From: Dehalococcoidia bacterium
GTDB taxonomy: Bacteria > Chloroflexota > Dehalococcoidia > Lucifugimonadales > VXLM01
DNA length: 64,000 nt
Direction of reading: 5' to 3'
Assembly: GCA_963662435.1 (NCBI GenBank)
Contig: OY759598.1
Coordinates: 2,946,507-3,010,506, forward strand
Below are positions 9,657 through 19,827 of this stretch, piece after piece. The translations under genes were made by a program, and so were the position numbers. Within the stretch, counting starts at the first letter, position 1. The number at the start of each line of letters is the position of its first letter. A model generated the notes under the pieces. The model had not been told where the DNA came from. It made no database searches and worked only from the letters and a program-made list of their open reading frames with translations.

Positions 9657-10775
9657 CTATCCCACGCCCATGAGCCTCGCGGCATTGCCACCACAGATCA
9701 GGTCGATGTCCGGCTGGTCGAGGAAATCAAGGTTGAGGCTGAGCGACTCGCGGCTCTGCAGGTACGTCTGGAAGCGCATCACCATCGGGATGTCCGTGCC
9801 CCACATCAGCCGGTCGGCCCCCAGCCGGTCGACCACCTTTTCCAACGCCGGCCTGATCTGCCGCATGGGGAAGTCGTACATGCCTCCGCAGAAGATGGCG
9901 AAGAGAAGCTGCACGTGGAAGTTCGGGTTGTCGATCGGGAGTGCGTCGTAGGCCGCATCCGGCACGTCGATGCCGCTCTCGTCCGCAAAGGAACGCCAGC
10001 TCAGTCCGTGTGTCAAAACGACGGGCACGTCGGGGTAGCGCTCCATGAACCGGCTGATAGTCTCGAACTCCGTCAGGTCCATGCCCGCGCCGCTGTCGGT
10101 GCGCGCCAGCGAAGTGAACCCCGGCGTGACGAAGAGGGGAACGCCCAGCGTGGCGAAGTGTTCCCAAAACGGGGTCAGGGCCTCAGCTACCCAGTCGGTC
10201 GACTGCCCGTACAGGACCATGTGGTCGGGGAGCAGCTGAAGGCCGTGCAGCCCAAGGTCGTTGATGGCGTGGTCCAGCTCGGCAATCGCCCAGTCGGGGT
10301 CGGGGGCGATCTTCCACTCCGGCACGTGCGCGAGCGCCTGAATACGGTCAGGATACGCCCGCACCGCGTCAGCCACGAGATCGTTCCCGATGCCCAGGTA
10401 AGGCGTGCGGTGCAGCAGCGCCCAGTCGACCTCGGCGTAGTCCATCTCGGCGATCAGGTCGTCGGCGGTGAACTCCATGTCTACCACCGATGGCGGCATG
10501 TACTGCTTGAAGTAGTCCTCGCCGTCGACCGTCCACTCGAAGCGCCCGAACTCCGCCGCACGGAAATCTGCGTCCCTCAGTGCGTCGAACCCTCGCGGCA
10601 TCGACTCGTCGATGAGCCCGCTGTTGTCCCCCACAGCCCTGTCACGACGCCGCCAAACGGGCATGAAGTGCGTCGCAATGGCAAGCTGCAGATGCCGCTG
10701 GAACTCGTCCCTGTCGTCGAACCCGCCGTCGCCTTTCATGTCGGGAAATATGTACGCGTGCCCGTCGTAGATCAT
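9657..10775 (-). CDS. Amidohydrolase_2 family metal-dependent hydrolase
   Basis: IYDGHAY, VVLTHG, LGADRLMWGTDIP, GGNAARL. Confidence 0.88.
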   Translation of the reverse strand: MIYDGHAYIFPDMKGDGGFDDRDEFQRHLQLAIATHFMPVWRRRDRAVGDNSGLIDESMPRGFDALRDADFRAAEFGRFEWTVDGEDYFKQYMPPSVVDMEFTADDLIAEMDYAEVDWALLHRTPYLGIGNDLVADAVRAYPDRIQALAHVPEWKIAPDPDWAIAELDHAINDLGLHGLQLLPDHMVLYGQSTDWVAEALTPFWEHFATLGVPLFVTPGFTSLARTDSGAGMDLTEFETISRFMERYPDVPVVLTHGLSWRSFADESGIDVPDAAYDALPIDNPNFHVQLLFAIFCGGMYDFPMRQIRPALEKVVDRLGADRLMWGTDIPMVMRFQTYLQSRESLSLNLDFLDQPDIDLICGGNAARLMGVG

Positions 10776-10911
10776 GGTGCTGGTGCGGCCTCCCGGAGAG
10801 TGGTCGGCACAGTATATATCACAGTGAGATGCCTCACCTTGTGACGATTCCCATGCCCTCAACTTACGCTCCCGTGTACACTACCCGCCACCACGACAGG
10901 ACGTACGCAGC

Positions 10912-11481
10912 ATGAAGCTATACACCAGAAGCGGCGACGACGGAACGACTGGGCTCCTTTTCGGAGGGCGAGCGTCGAAGGCAGGGCCGCGGACTGAAGC
11001 CTATGGCGCGATCGACACAGCCATATCGGCCATGGGGATGGCCCGGGCGCTGTCGTCCGACGAGCGGGTCAAGGACATCCTCCTGCGCTGCCAGCACGAC
11101 ATGTTCACCGCCGCCACGGAGGTGGCCGTCGACCCCGAGCACTACGACCTGCTGCTTGAGAACTTCTCGCCGGTCACCGGGGTCATGGTCGAGCGGTTGG
11201 AGCACTGGATCGACGACCTCAATGATGAAGTCGACCTGCCGCCACGCTTCATCGTCCCAGGAGCGTCCGCCGCGTCGGGCGCGATGGACCTCGCACGCAC
11301 ACTCACGCGCGACGCCGAGCGCCGCATCGTCGCACTCGCTGAATCGGAGCCGCCACGCAACGACAACGTCCTGCGGTATGTCAACCGCCTCTCCGACCTC
11401 CTCTTCATCCTCGCCCGCTACGAGGACAGGGACCTCCCCTTCGAAATCACGACGGGCGAGATGCGCCGCGAAGGGGAATAG
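10912..11481 (+). CDS. pduO: PduO-type cob(I)alamin adenosyltransferase
   Basis: KLYTRSGDDGTT, AYGAID, FIVPG, R.AER, YVNRLSDLLFILAR. Confidence 0.93.
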   Translation: MKLYTRSGDDGTTGLLFGGRASKAGPRTEAYGAIDTAISAMGMARALSSDERVKDILLRCQHDMFTAATEVAVDPEHYDLLLENFSPVTGVMVERLEHWIDDLNDEVDLPPRFIVPGASAASGAMDLARTLTRDAERRIVALAESEPPRNDNVLRYVNRLSDLLFILARYEDRDLPFEITTGEMRREGE

Positions 11482-11498
11482 CGTTCCGCTAGACGCAA

Positions 11499-12671
11499 CT
11501 ACCTAGCAGGTGGCTCATACGCCACATCAAGCCACGGCGTCTCGATCCGCACGCCTCCCATAAACCGCGAGTCCATGAGGGCAGCATGCGCCCCTGTCGT
11601 GAGCAGGCTCCGCTCTACGGGGTACTGAGGCGTTCCCGTCAGGAACATCTCGTGGACGGCTATGCCCTGGGCGCCGAACGACTCCATTATGGTCGTGTCG
11701 CCGGTGTGGAACCCCGTGCTGACGGTCTCGCCTTTCACCCGCGCAGCGTATGCGAAGCCCCGCACGTGCCGGTCGAGCATCAGGGTCGTGGCCCGGAAGC
11801 CGTCGACGTACTCCAGCTGAAACAGGGCAGGACGTACGCAGTTGTCCTCCATCCGGCCAGCCTCGACCTCCTCGATGCGTGACTCCGCCTCCGCTGCGAA
11901 GTCTCTGGGCCACAAGCCTTTCTCGGCGGCATCCCAGACCGCGCGTCCTTCGAGACACCGCACCGCAGCAATTCCCGTTTCTCCCCCTCGCCGGCGCTCT
12001 ACCATGCACTGCAGCGCCTCCAGTCCGTGAAAGCCGTACGAGTCGAGCCCGTTCGGGTACGGGTTGAAATGTCCCAGCACCAGCGCGTCGTCGATCTCTA
12101 CGCCGGTCTCGTGCTCCAACCACGGCGTGCGACCCGTGACGGGCAGGGATGATCCTGCCATGAAAGGTATGCCAAGCTCCCTCGCCCTGTCGTACATCCA
12201 CCGCGCGTCGTCCCACGAGTAGGCGAGATGCTTGTCGCTGAAGACCGGTATGGCCCGGCCGGAAAGGCCGATCATCCCGCAGACCTGCTCGAAGAAGTGA
12301 CGTCGAGGGTACATCTGCCGCCCCCGCTCGTTGGGGGAGTAGTCGCCGTGCTCAGCGATGATGAGGACACCGTAGACCGCTATCTCGCCGATCTCCCATC
12401 CCGGCGCTGTCGGCCAGTGTCCCCGCATCGGCTGCCGCAGCGTCAACGCCGACCGGATGCTCGGAAACAGCTCGATCCCGTGCTCGCGCGCGAACGCGAC
12501 CCCCACGTCCTGTGGATGCAGTTGCTCCATGTACATCGAGACGATGTCCACCTTCGACTCAACGAGCCCTGAAGGCGTTGGAAAACCCTCCACGAATCGC
12601 GATACCAGCAGGTCGGCATGTGACCCGGGAAAGAACGTCGTAACGATCGCGGCTATCTTCTTGCGTGCCAT
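11499..12671 (-). CDS. Conserved hypothetical Gfo/Idh/MocA-like oxidoreductase
   Basis: EHGDY, PVFSDKHL, PFMAGSSLP, YGFHGLE.LQ.MVERRRGGETG, YPVER. Confidence 0.7.
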   Translation of the reverse strand: MARKKIAAIVTTFFPGSHADLLVSRFVEGFPTPSGLVESKVDIVSMYMEQLHPQDVGVAFAREHGIELFPSIRSALTLRQPMRGHWPTAPGWEIGEIAVYGVLIIAEHGDYSPNERGRQMYPRRHFFEQVCGMIGLSGRAIPVFSDKHLAYSWDDARWMYDRARELGIPFMAGSSLPVTGRTPWLEHETGVEIDDALVLGHFNPYPNGLDSYGFHGLEALQCMVERRRGGETGIAAVRCLEGRAVWDAAEKGLWPRDFAAEAESRIEEVEAGRMEDNCVRPALFQLEYVDGFRATTLMLDRHVRGFAYAARVKGETVSTGFHTGDTTIMESFGAQGIAVHEMFLTGTPQYPVERSLLTTGAHAALMDSRFMGGVRIETPWLDVAYEPPAR

Positions 12672-12837
12672 CGGGTGAGACCGTCCTCCTCAGCAAGGTG
12701 CGGCGTATGATATGGGCGCAGCTACGCAGCGAGCAAGGGAACGACCTGGCTTTTTCCGCGTGACCACCCGCTTGGACATCGCTCAGGCGCGTGGTACCAT
12801 CGAGTAGCGGAAGATATTGCACGACCACGGTGGAGGC

Positions 12838-13422
12838 ATGGCCGTTCTTAGCGAGCACATCGACCTGGGGCTGACGGAGTTTGCGAGCGTCGACCTTCTG
12901 GAGGGCGAGCGTACTGAGACGACGCTGAGCCTCCGCGACGACTCAAAGAGAAGGCGCAATGCGCCGACAAACCTGCTGGTGCTCACCGACCGGCGTCTCA
13001 TCCACCTCGTGGACGACGGACGTGCCCGGGATGCCGTGTTCGTCTGGCTCGCCGACCTCTTCGCCGTACGAGTGGGCACGGAGCGAAAGGGCAATATCGG
13101 TGGCTACATCTGGGGCGTCCTCGCGTTCATCGCCGCCTCGCTCGTCTGGACCGTATGGGACCAGCCCGTCCTTGACGTGATCGTGGCGGGTCTCGTGCTC
13201 CTCATGGGCGTCTACCTCGTGTGTGACCGCATAAACACAGCCCCCATCTTCCAGGTGACCGTAAGCGCCGGAGGGGCGCAGATGACGATGAACGTCCATC
13301 GCTCAGTCGAGCCCGAGCTCGTTTACGCGTTCACCAACAGGGTGTTCGAGACCAAGGCCCGGGGCCCGCGCTTGGACGACGACGATCATGACTCCCGCGC
13401 TTCGTTTTTCGCGCCGGGGTAG
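12838..13422 (+). CDS. Hypothetical membrane protein (PH-like N-terminal domain)
   Basis: GGAGG RBS; LVLTDRRLIH motif; two TM helices. Confidence 0.65.
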   Translation: MAVLSEHIDLGLTEFASVDLLEGERTETTLSLRDDSKRRRNAPTNLLVLTDRRLIHLVDDGRARDAVFVWLADLFAVRVGTERKGNIGGYIWGVLAFIAASLVWTVWDQPVLDVIVAGLVLLMGVYLVCDRINTAPIFQVTVSAGGAQMTMNVHRSVEPELVYAFTNRVFETKARGPRLDDDDHDSRASFFAPG

Positions 13423-13443
13423 GCCTGCCCCTTCCAACGAGGG

Positions 13444-13935
13444 CTAGTACAGGCTCCCGCTCTGCCAGCGCCGGAACCAGAGCGTCAGGAGCGCGAAGAC
13501 TCCCAGGATTATCACCGCACCCACGAAGTCCTGCGCCAAGGCCGCGTTCTTCGCGTCGCCGAGCAGCGGCCTGATCGCTAATGACGCCGCAACGCCCACG
13601 AGGATCAGAAACGGCGCCGTTAGACCCAGAGGCACGTGCTTGAAGCGGCCCACCCTCACAGACCTGAAGAACGTGGCGTCCAGAAACGTCATCAGTACGG
13701 CAAACAGGTACGAGACTCCACCAATCGTGCCAAGCTGGCCGAACGCAACCGGAGCTATGGCGTTGGCGATGAGGAGTCCTACGACCAGATAGAGGAACCT
13801 GAGAGGCCGCGCCGGTTCCCTCCAAGCGCCACGCCACGCCCTTCGCGTCTCCCTCCAACGCCATGACAACAACTTACCTAGCAACTTGAAGGGGAAAACG
13901 GCGAGACTGGCCAAGAAGGAACGCATAGTCGTCAT
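13444..13935 (-). CDS. Hypothetical 4-TM membrane protein (start uncertain)
   Basis: Four hydrophobic segments in the ORF. Confidence 0.65.
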   Translation of the reverse strand: MTTMRSFLASLAVFPFKLLGKLLSWRWRETRRAWRGAWREPARPLRFLYLVVGLLIANAIAPVAFGQLGTIGGVSYLFAVLMTFLDATFFRSVRVGRFKHVPLGLTAPFLILVGVAASLAIRPLLGDAKNAALAQDFVGAVIILGVFALLTLWFRRWQSGSLY

Positions 13936-13956
13936 TATAGTGTTGCACAACGACTG

Positions 13957-14127
13957 TGGATGCCCACTTTCGTGGGAATCACCATGGCCTTGCGAAGGCC
14001 ACATAAGGGGATGAATATGGGGAGGCGAACCGTAGACTGCTCAATTCTGCCCTTCGACAAGCTCAGGGCGAACGGACTCGCCATATTCATTTTCAGCGGA
14101 ATGACGGCAGGGGAAGCGGGTATGACG
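13957..14127. repeat. Cluster of REP-like palindromes (family A at 13957-13983; family B at 14050-14075; degenerate half-copy at ~14115-14127)
   Basis: TGGATGCCCACTTTCGTGGGAATCAC and CCCTTCGACAAGCTCAGGGCGAACGG recur at other intergenic sites in the window. Confidence 0.75.
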
Positions 14128-14177
14128 AGAACGGACAAGAGTCAACCCTGCGGAGACGGGTATTGCCTACTTAGTCC

Positions 14178-15203
14178 CTACCCCAACCGCAACGTCGGGA
14201 CCACGTCGAGGTCCCAGCCGTATTGCGGCGCGTCCTTGAGGTGGTACCAGGCCGCCGCCCCGATCATCGCGCCGTTGTCGGTGCATAATCTCGGACGCGG
14301 AACGATGACGGGCACGGGAGAGCGCGCAATGGCCTCCTTGCGGAGCAGACTGTTGGCAGCAACCCCACCTCCAAGCACGATACCGGCCACCCGGTAGGTC
14401 TCCGCCGCGGCAACGCAGCGCGTAACGATGCTGTCCACGACGGCCTCCTGGAATGCAGCAGCGACTCCCGCCAGCTCCGACTCGTCGATCTCCACCTCGT
14501 CGGGCGGGTACCAGCCCTTTTCCTGCGCACGGTGGAGCATGGCAGTCTTGAGTCCGCTGAAGCTGAAATCGAGGGAGCCCTTCACGTTGGGACGCGGGAA
14601 GCGCTTCTCTGGGCCGTGCGGCCGCTCCGACATCCTCTGTATCTCGGGACCGCCTGGGAATCCTAGCCCCAGCACGCGCGCAGCCTTGTCGAACGCCTCA
14701 CCCGCCGCGTCGTCGCGCGTCTGTCCAACCAGCTCGTAGCGCCCATGATCGCGCATAAGGACGAGGTCCGTGTGCCCCCCCGACGCGATCAGGCAGAGCA
14801 GGGGAAAGCCTGGATCGTTCGCCGGATCGGGAATGTCCTCCAGCCACGCAGCGTAAATATGCCCTTCGAGGTGGTTGATGCCCACCAACGGGGTCTCCTC
14901 GGCCAGGGCAAGCCCCTTCGCCGCGTTCACTCCAACGAGGAGCGCGCCCGCAAGACCGGGTCCGTACGTAACGGCGATCCCGTCGAGGTCGCGCAGCTCC
15001 ATGGAGGCCTTTTCCATGGCCTCTCTGACCACGGCGTTGAACGTGAGCATGTGCTGGCGCGAGGCAAGTTCCGGGACGATGCCGCCATACTGGGCGTGCA
15101 TGTCGATCTGGGTCGCGACGACGTTCGAGTGAATCGTCCGCCCGTCCTCAATGACGGCGGCCGCCGTCTCGTCGCACGATGTCTCGATGCCGAGGATCTT
15201 CAT
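14178..15203 (-). CDS. tsaD: tRNA N6-adenosine threonylcarbamoyltransferase
   Basis: ILGIETSCDET, GGIVPELASR.H, HLEGH, SGGHT, DDAAGEAFDK, FSFSGLKT, CTDNGAMI. Confidence 0.98.
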   Translation of the reverse strand: MKILGIETSCDETAAAVIEDGRTIHSNVVATQIDMHAQYGGIVPELASRQHMLTFNAVVREAMEKASMELRDLDGIAVTYGPGLAGALLVGVNAAKGLALAEETPLVGINHLEGHIYAAWLEDIPDPANDPGFPLLCLIASGGHTDLVLMRDHGRYELVGQTRDDAAGEAFDKAARVLGLGFPGGPEIQRMSERPHGPEKRFPRPNVKGSLDFSFSGLKTAMLHRAQEKGWYPPDEVEIDESELAGVAAAFQEAVVDSIVTRCVAAAETYRVAGIVLGGGVAANSLLRKEAIARSPVPVIVPRPRLCTDNGAMIGAAAWYHLKDAPQYGWDLDVVPTLRLG

Positions 15204-15208
15204 CTTTG

Positions 15209-16420
15209 CTACGCCGACTGCCGCCCTTCGCCCGTCAGAACGTCCGCCAGTCGCCCGATGCCTTCGCGGATCTCGTCCGGCGTGTTGTAGCCGTAGCACA
15301 GGCGCGCAAAGTTCTTCGCCGATACCCCGTCCGGACTGAATATCGGACCTGGCTGATAGCCTACGTCGGCCTCCAGCGCCGCATCCAGGGATTCGACGAG
15401 GTCGGTGCTTTCCGGCATCTCCAGCCAGACATAGAGTCCGCCGTCGGGCCTGCTCCACTTGGCCTGCGAGCCAAAGTTCTCTCCGAGCGCTGAGAGCATG
15501 GCGTCGCGCTTCACACGCTGGACGCCGTTGATCTTCTGAATGTGGTCGTCGAGGTGCTTCTCGGCGAACCGGTGGATGGCCCACGACGCGAACTGGTTCA
15601 CGCCACCGCCGCTCTTGATGGGCCTGAGCCGCAGCAGCATCTCCTCCGAGGCGGCGACGTACCCAATCCTCATGCCCGGTCCCGTTATCTTCGAGAAGGA
15701 GCCGACGTAGCTGACGATCCCGTCCCCGTCGAGCGACGCGATGGAAGGCACGTTCTCTCCCTCGAACCGAAGGTCCACGTAGCAGTCGTCCTCGATGATG
15801 GCGACGCCCTGCCTGCGGGCAATTTCGAGCATCGCCTGCCGTCGCTCAAGCGACATCGTCCAGCCCTGCGGGTTCTGGAACGTCGGGATGGTGTAGATGA
15901 GCTTGGTGCGGCTGCCCTCGCTCTTGGCATTAACGATGGCCGTCTCGAGCGCGTCCGGCAGCATCCCGTCGTCGTCGCAGTCGATGCCGCGAATGTCCGC
16001 CCCAAATCGCTGGAGCTGTCGCAGCGTCCCGCTGTACACGTAGCACTCGGTGAATACCACGTCGCCGGGATCGATCAGGGCCTCGATGAGAATGTGGTTC
16101 GGCTGGCTGGAACCGTCGGCGAGGAGGATGTTGTCCGGTTCGGTCTCGATGCCCCGGTCGCGCGCGAGCTTGCGGGTGACATACTCCCGAAGCGGCGGGT
16201 ATCCCTGGTCATGCGGGTAGATCGCAAGCTCACGGCCCTCCTCCGCGACGGCCTCCCGGACGCATTCGGCGAGCGCCTCCGTGGGAACCGTTTCCGGGTC
16301 CGGGTACGCGATCGCGAAGTCATACTTCGCTCGGTTGATGACGCGCGCAGGCGCAGGCTCCGGCACGCGCGACGCGAACAAGCTCTCAAGATTGAATCCG
16401 CCGGTCTCGGTCATCGACAC
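15209..16420 (-). CDS. PLP-dependent aminotransferase class I/II (MocR/LysN-like, no HTH)
   Basis: YTIPTFQNP.G, IIEDD.Y, GSFSKITGPGMRIG, P.GGLYVW. Confidence 0.92.
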   Translation of the reverse strand: MSMTETGGFNLESLFASRVPEPAPARVINRAKYDFAIAYPDPETVPTEALAECVREAVAEEGRELAIYPHDQGYPPLREYVTRKLARDRGIETEPDNILLADGSSQPNHILIEALIDPGDVVFTECYVYSGTLRQLQRFGADIRGIDCDDDGMLPDALETAIVNAKSEGSRTKLIYTIPTFQNPQGWTMSLERRQAMLEIARRQGVAIIEDDCYVDLRFEGENVPSIASLDGDGIVSYVGSFSKITGPGMRIGYVAASEEMLLRLRPIKSGGGVNQFASWAIHRFAEKHLDDHIQKINGVQRVKRDAMLSALGENFGSQAKWSRPDGGLYVWLEMPESTDLVESLDAALEADVGYQPGPIFSPDGVSAKNFARLCYGYNTPDEIREGIGRLADVLTGEGRQSA

Positions 16421-16739
16421 ACTCCTATGGCCGCGATAGTCTCGGCCTCAAAGGTTATCCTAAATTCGGGCGGACGTGCACGGATGGCGATGGATAAGTG
16501 GCCGTTCGGACTCCGTGAGACGAATACTTCACCCATAGCTGGACGTTGGAGGAAGCTCCATCAATCCACAAGTTCACCTTCAACGATTTCGCCGACATTG
16601 CGGACTCCCTCCCTGGAAAACCGACTTGGACGCGGCGCCCCTTTCGAGACACCGCGTCCACTTACTACATCCGCCTGGGGTAAATTATCTCACTTCATGA
16701 GAAGGTTCGACATCTCCCCCGGGCCGATTCCAATTGACT

Positions 16740-18353
16740 CTAGCCGCCTCCACTCCGCTCGCCGCCGGAGCCGTGCTCACCGCCGGACTCCCGACCGACG
16801 CCGCGCTCGCCTGCGCCTTCACCGCTGTAGCTTCCGCCGCCGTGCTCACCTGCGACCTCGCCGCCTGCCTCGCCGCCTTCGCCTCCGCCAACCTCCGCAT
16901 GTGCTACCCATCCCGTGAATGGAGCCTCAGTCGACGGCATGTTGATCGCCAGCACCTCCCGCGCGGCCAGGTCCACCGGGGTCGTCGGACCGAGTTCCGT
17001 ACCGTTCGACAGGTGCACCTCGATCCTGACCCGGTCCAGCGTCCCGTTCGTCGTGTTCTCCACGATGCCCCAGAACGAGTTGGTGGGTGCATCGTACTTC
17101 ATGGTCAACCGCGCCCCGCCGCGAGTCATGTCGAAGGTCTCATTCGGCGCCAGCTGATTTGCGATGCTGCCCTCTTCGCCGCCCGACTCTCCGCCACCTT
17201 CGCGTCCGCTTTCACCACTGGAGCCCTCGCCGCCGGGACCGTGCCCTTCGCCGCCGGCTCCCTCTCCACCGCCGCCTTCAGCCCCTTCGCCGCCCGTGTG
17301 AGGTATGGGGCCCGGGCCGCCGCAGTCGAACACTTCCATGTGAACGACGTACCCGTCGTAGGCCACTCCCGCAAGATTCGGCTCACTCGCGACCGCCAGG
17401 CTGGACGTCGCCTGCTGTCCGGAGTTCAGGTCGCCCAGCTTATCAGGGCCAAGCTCCCCTATAGTCTGCGTTCCCGACTTCAGGTGCGGTTCGGCCTGCA
17501 CGTAGCACAGCGTCTGGGAGGTCGTGTTCTGCACCGTCGTGTGGACGGTCTGGGTGGCCGCGTCGTACCGCGCCGAAACCGCCAGCCCACCGAGAGCGCC
17601 GTTCCACGTCTGGTCCAGGGGAATGATCGGGCTCGACATGGCCGCTTCCCCGATCTCACCACTGCCGCCTTCTCCGCCGCCTTCACCACCGGACTCACCG
17701 CCTTCACGGCTGCCTTCACCACCGGAACCGTGCTCGCCGCCACCTTCTCCGCCGGACTCGCTTCCTTCGCCTCCGCCAACCTCGGCATGCGCCACCCATC
17801 CGGTGAACGACGCCTGCGTCGAGGGCAGGGTGATCGTTCTCACCTCGCCCGGAGCCATATCTACCGGTGTCGTCGGTCCGAGCTCCGTCCCGTTGGACAG
17901 GTGCACTTCGATCCTGACCCGGTCCAACGTCCCGCCGGTCGTGTTCTCCACGGTGCCCGTGAAGGCGTTGCTCGCCGCGTCGTAGCTCAGGATCAGCCGC
18001 GCACCGCCGCGGACCATGTCGAAGGTCTCATCCGGAGCCAGTTGATTTGCGCTGGCTTCTTCGCCACCGCCGCCCTCACTACCTTCACCACCGCCACTGC
18101 CTTCTCCGCCACCCTCACTGCCTTCACTGCCGACTTCGCGTCCCCCTTCACCGCCGCCGCCATGCTCGCCTGCGGACTCGCCGCCTACTCGCTGGGAGAT
18201 TTCCTGGCTCGTCGTGGTGCGGTCGGATTCCCTGCCGCCTTCCGATCCGTTGTTGAAGGTGCAGCCTGCGAGTATCAACCCGGAGAGAATTGCCGCGAAC
18301 ACCACCCCAACCAAGAACCTCTTCGCCACTGTCATCAATTTGCTCCACATCAT
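16740..18353 (-). CDS. Lipoprotein with three FxLYD-like beta-sandwich repeats and Gly/Glu/His-rich linkers
   Basis: GGAGG RBS; lipobox LAGC; repeats containing G.V.NTT..TL..V..E.HL..G.ELGP and H.EV; GGEGGGEH linkers. Confidence 0.8.
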   Translation of the reverse strand: MMWSKLMTVAKRFLVGVVFAAILSGLILAGCTFNNGSEGGRESDRTTTSQEISQRVGGESAGEHGGGGEGGREVGSEGSEGGGEGSGGGEGSEGGGGEEASANQLAPDETFDMVRGGARLILSYDAASNAFTGTVENTTGGTLDRVRIEVHLSNGTELGPTTPVDMAPGEVRTITLPSTQASFTGWVAHAEVGGGEGSESGGEGGGEHGSGGEGSREGGESGGEGGGEGGSGEIGEAAMSSPIIPLDQTWNGALGGLAVSARYDAATQTVHTTVQNTTSQTLCYVQAEPHLKSGTQTIGELGPDKLGDLNSGQQATSSLAVASEPNLAGVAYDGYVVHMEVFDCGGPGPIPHTGGEGAEGGGGEGAGGEGHGPGGEGSSGESGREGGGESGGEEGSIANQLAPNETFDMTRGGARLTMKYDAPTNSFWGIVENTTNGTLDRVRIEVHLSNGTELGPTTPVDLAAREVLAINMPSTEAPFTGWVAHAEVGGGEGGEAGGEVAGEHGGGSYSGEGAGERGVGRESGGEHGSGGERSGGG

Positions 18354-18729
18354 CTTTCTGCCTCCTTCGGTTCCTTCTTGAGGAATCTGTGATGCCACTA
18401 CGATAAGGGAGAAATGTCGCAGAAATATGTCGGCGGCGGCAGTCACTGACGACTTGTGCGAAACTGTCTCACCACCACATCATCTCCCGGATGCGAGTCG
18501 TCGAGACGGCTTCAAAACGCCTGAATCTGACGTGAGAGGCAAGTTGAAACGAGGAGGGAATTGGGGTGATTCAGGATCTGTCCAATGAGGTCTCGGACAG
18601 TCTCACCGTCTCAGTCCGTCTCACGTATGTGCGTCCACCCTTCAAACGCGACCTTATGCTCCTCCACCCCGTGATACCATACGGCCGACCAGCCGAAGGC
18701 ACACTGGAGTACGGGAGGAGGCGCCTTTC

Positions 18730-19647
18730 ATGAGCAACGCACTGCCAACAGCGATACTGGGCCGCACGGGTATCGAGGTCACGCGCCTCGGCTTCGGGAC
18801 GGCCCTCTGGCGACCCGACAGGCACCACTGGACCGAGGAGGCCGCGTCGGAGGTCTACAACGAGGTTCTCGACCACGGAATCAACTTCATCGACACCGCC
18901 TACGACTACATGTTCGCCGAGGAGTGGATAGGCAGGACCCTCACAGACCGCTACGACGAGTTCCGGCTGGCGACCAAGTGCGGCTGCACCAACACCCAGC
19001 CTGACCGCAACAGCTCTGGCCACATCTGGACGCGCTCGAACTTCCTGAGCAACATCGAGGGCAGCCTCGAGCGTCTGGGACGCGACAGCGTGGACATCAT
19101 CCAGCCGCATAACCCCACCGTTGCCGAGGTCGAAGACGGCGGACTCGTCGACGCCATGAGGGAGATGCGCGACTCCGGCAAGTTGCGACACCTCGGCATC
19201 TCGACGACCCTGCCGTACCTGCCGACCTTTCTCGACTGGGACGTGTTCGACACCATGCAGATACCCTACTCCGCCCTGGAGCGTGAGCACGAGGACTGGA
19301 TCACCAAGGCAGCCGAGGCGGGAGTTGGCATAATCATCCGTGGAGGCGTTGCCCAGGGCGAGAAGTCGTCCGGGGACGGAGGGGGCCCGTGGGGCCAGTT
19401 CGAGCAGGCCGGTCTGGACGACCTGCGCGAACCCGGCGAGAGCCGCTCGGCGTTTGTGCTCCGCTTCACGCTCTCGCACCCGCACGCCCACACGATCATC
19501 GTCGGAACGACCCGCGTCGCGCACCTGAGCGAGAACGTCGAAGCCGTCATGCGCGGCCCGCTTCCGGATGACGTCTACGCCGAGGCCAAGAGACGTCTCG
19601 ACGCCATCGGCCAGACCCCGGTCCCAACCGGCGACGACGAGGGATGA
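18730..19647 (+). CDS. Aldo/keto reductase
   Basis: LGRTGIEVTRLGFG, GINFIDTAYDY, LATKCG, SLERL..D.VD, GKLRHLGIS. Confidence 0.93.
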   Translation: MSNALPTAILGRTGIEVTRLGFGTALWRPDRHHWTEEAASEVYNEVLDHGINFIDTAYDYMFAEEWIGRTLTDRYDEFRLATKCGCTNTQPDRNSSGHIWTRSNFLSNIEGSLERLGRDSVDIIQPHNPTVAEVEDGGLVDAMREMRDSGKLRHLGISTTLPYLPTFLDWDVFDTMQIPYSALEREHEDWITKAAEAGVGIIIRGGVAQGEKSSGDGGGPWGQFEQAGLDDLREPGESRSAFVLRFTLSHPHAHTIIVGTTRVAHLSENVEAVMRGPLPDDVYAEAKRRLDAIGQTPVPTGDDEG

Positions 19648-19669
19648 GCATTCGCAGACCTCCTAAAGA

Positions 19670-19757
19670 CCGTTCGCGGTGAGCTCGTCGAACTGGGAAC
19701 CACCCTTCGACAAGCTCAGAGATTGCCCGTACCCGATACGGGGGTGAGGGTGAATCG
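19670..19757. repeat. REP-like family B doublet with nested CCCGTA-N5-TACGGG hairpin insertion
   Basis: CGTTCGCGGTGAGCTCGTCGAAC ... CCCTTCGACAAGCTCAG[insert]GGTGAA. Confidence 0.75.
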
Positions 19758-19827
19758 TGGTATCAAGATCATCTGGAACCGGTATTAGGATGTTGCCAAA
19801 CGGTAAGCACCACAAGAGGAGGCCACT

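Noticed and set aside
10860..10911. Cobalamin riboswitch upstream of pduO
   Set aside because: No B12-box-like sequence, and the intergenic region is too short.
14178..15584. N-terminal extensions in the ORF track for tsaD (likewise glmU, pyrE, the response regulator and GNAT 41885-42895)
   Set aside because: The extensions overlap neighbouring genes or precede the conserved start motif; internal starts fit the family N-termini.
16455..16598. 47-aa minus-strand ORF (MSAKSLKVNLW...) with a purine-rich RBS-like sequence
   Set aside because: No recognisable motif or contextual support; may be spurious.
15542..16918. Long antisense ORFs (this one, and e.g. 9642-10844, 19975-21219, 18571-19524)
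   Set aside because: They overlap well-supported genes on the other strand and carry no recognisable motifs; expected in high-GC DNA.
16740..18130. Short recurring GC-rich repeats resembling a CRISPR or tandem array
   Set aside because: They are coding GGE repeats with no constant repeat-spacer period, and there are no cas genes.
16734..18392. 552-aa plus-strand ORF
   Set aside because: Antisense shadow of the Gly/Glu-rich lipoprotein, which has the RBS, lipobox and repeats; low-complexity GC-rich codons suppress stop codons.
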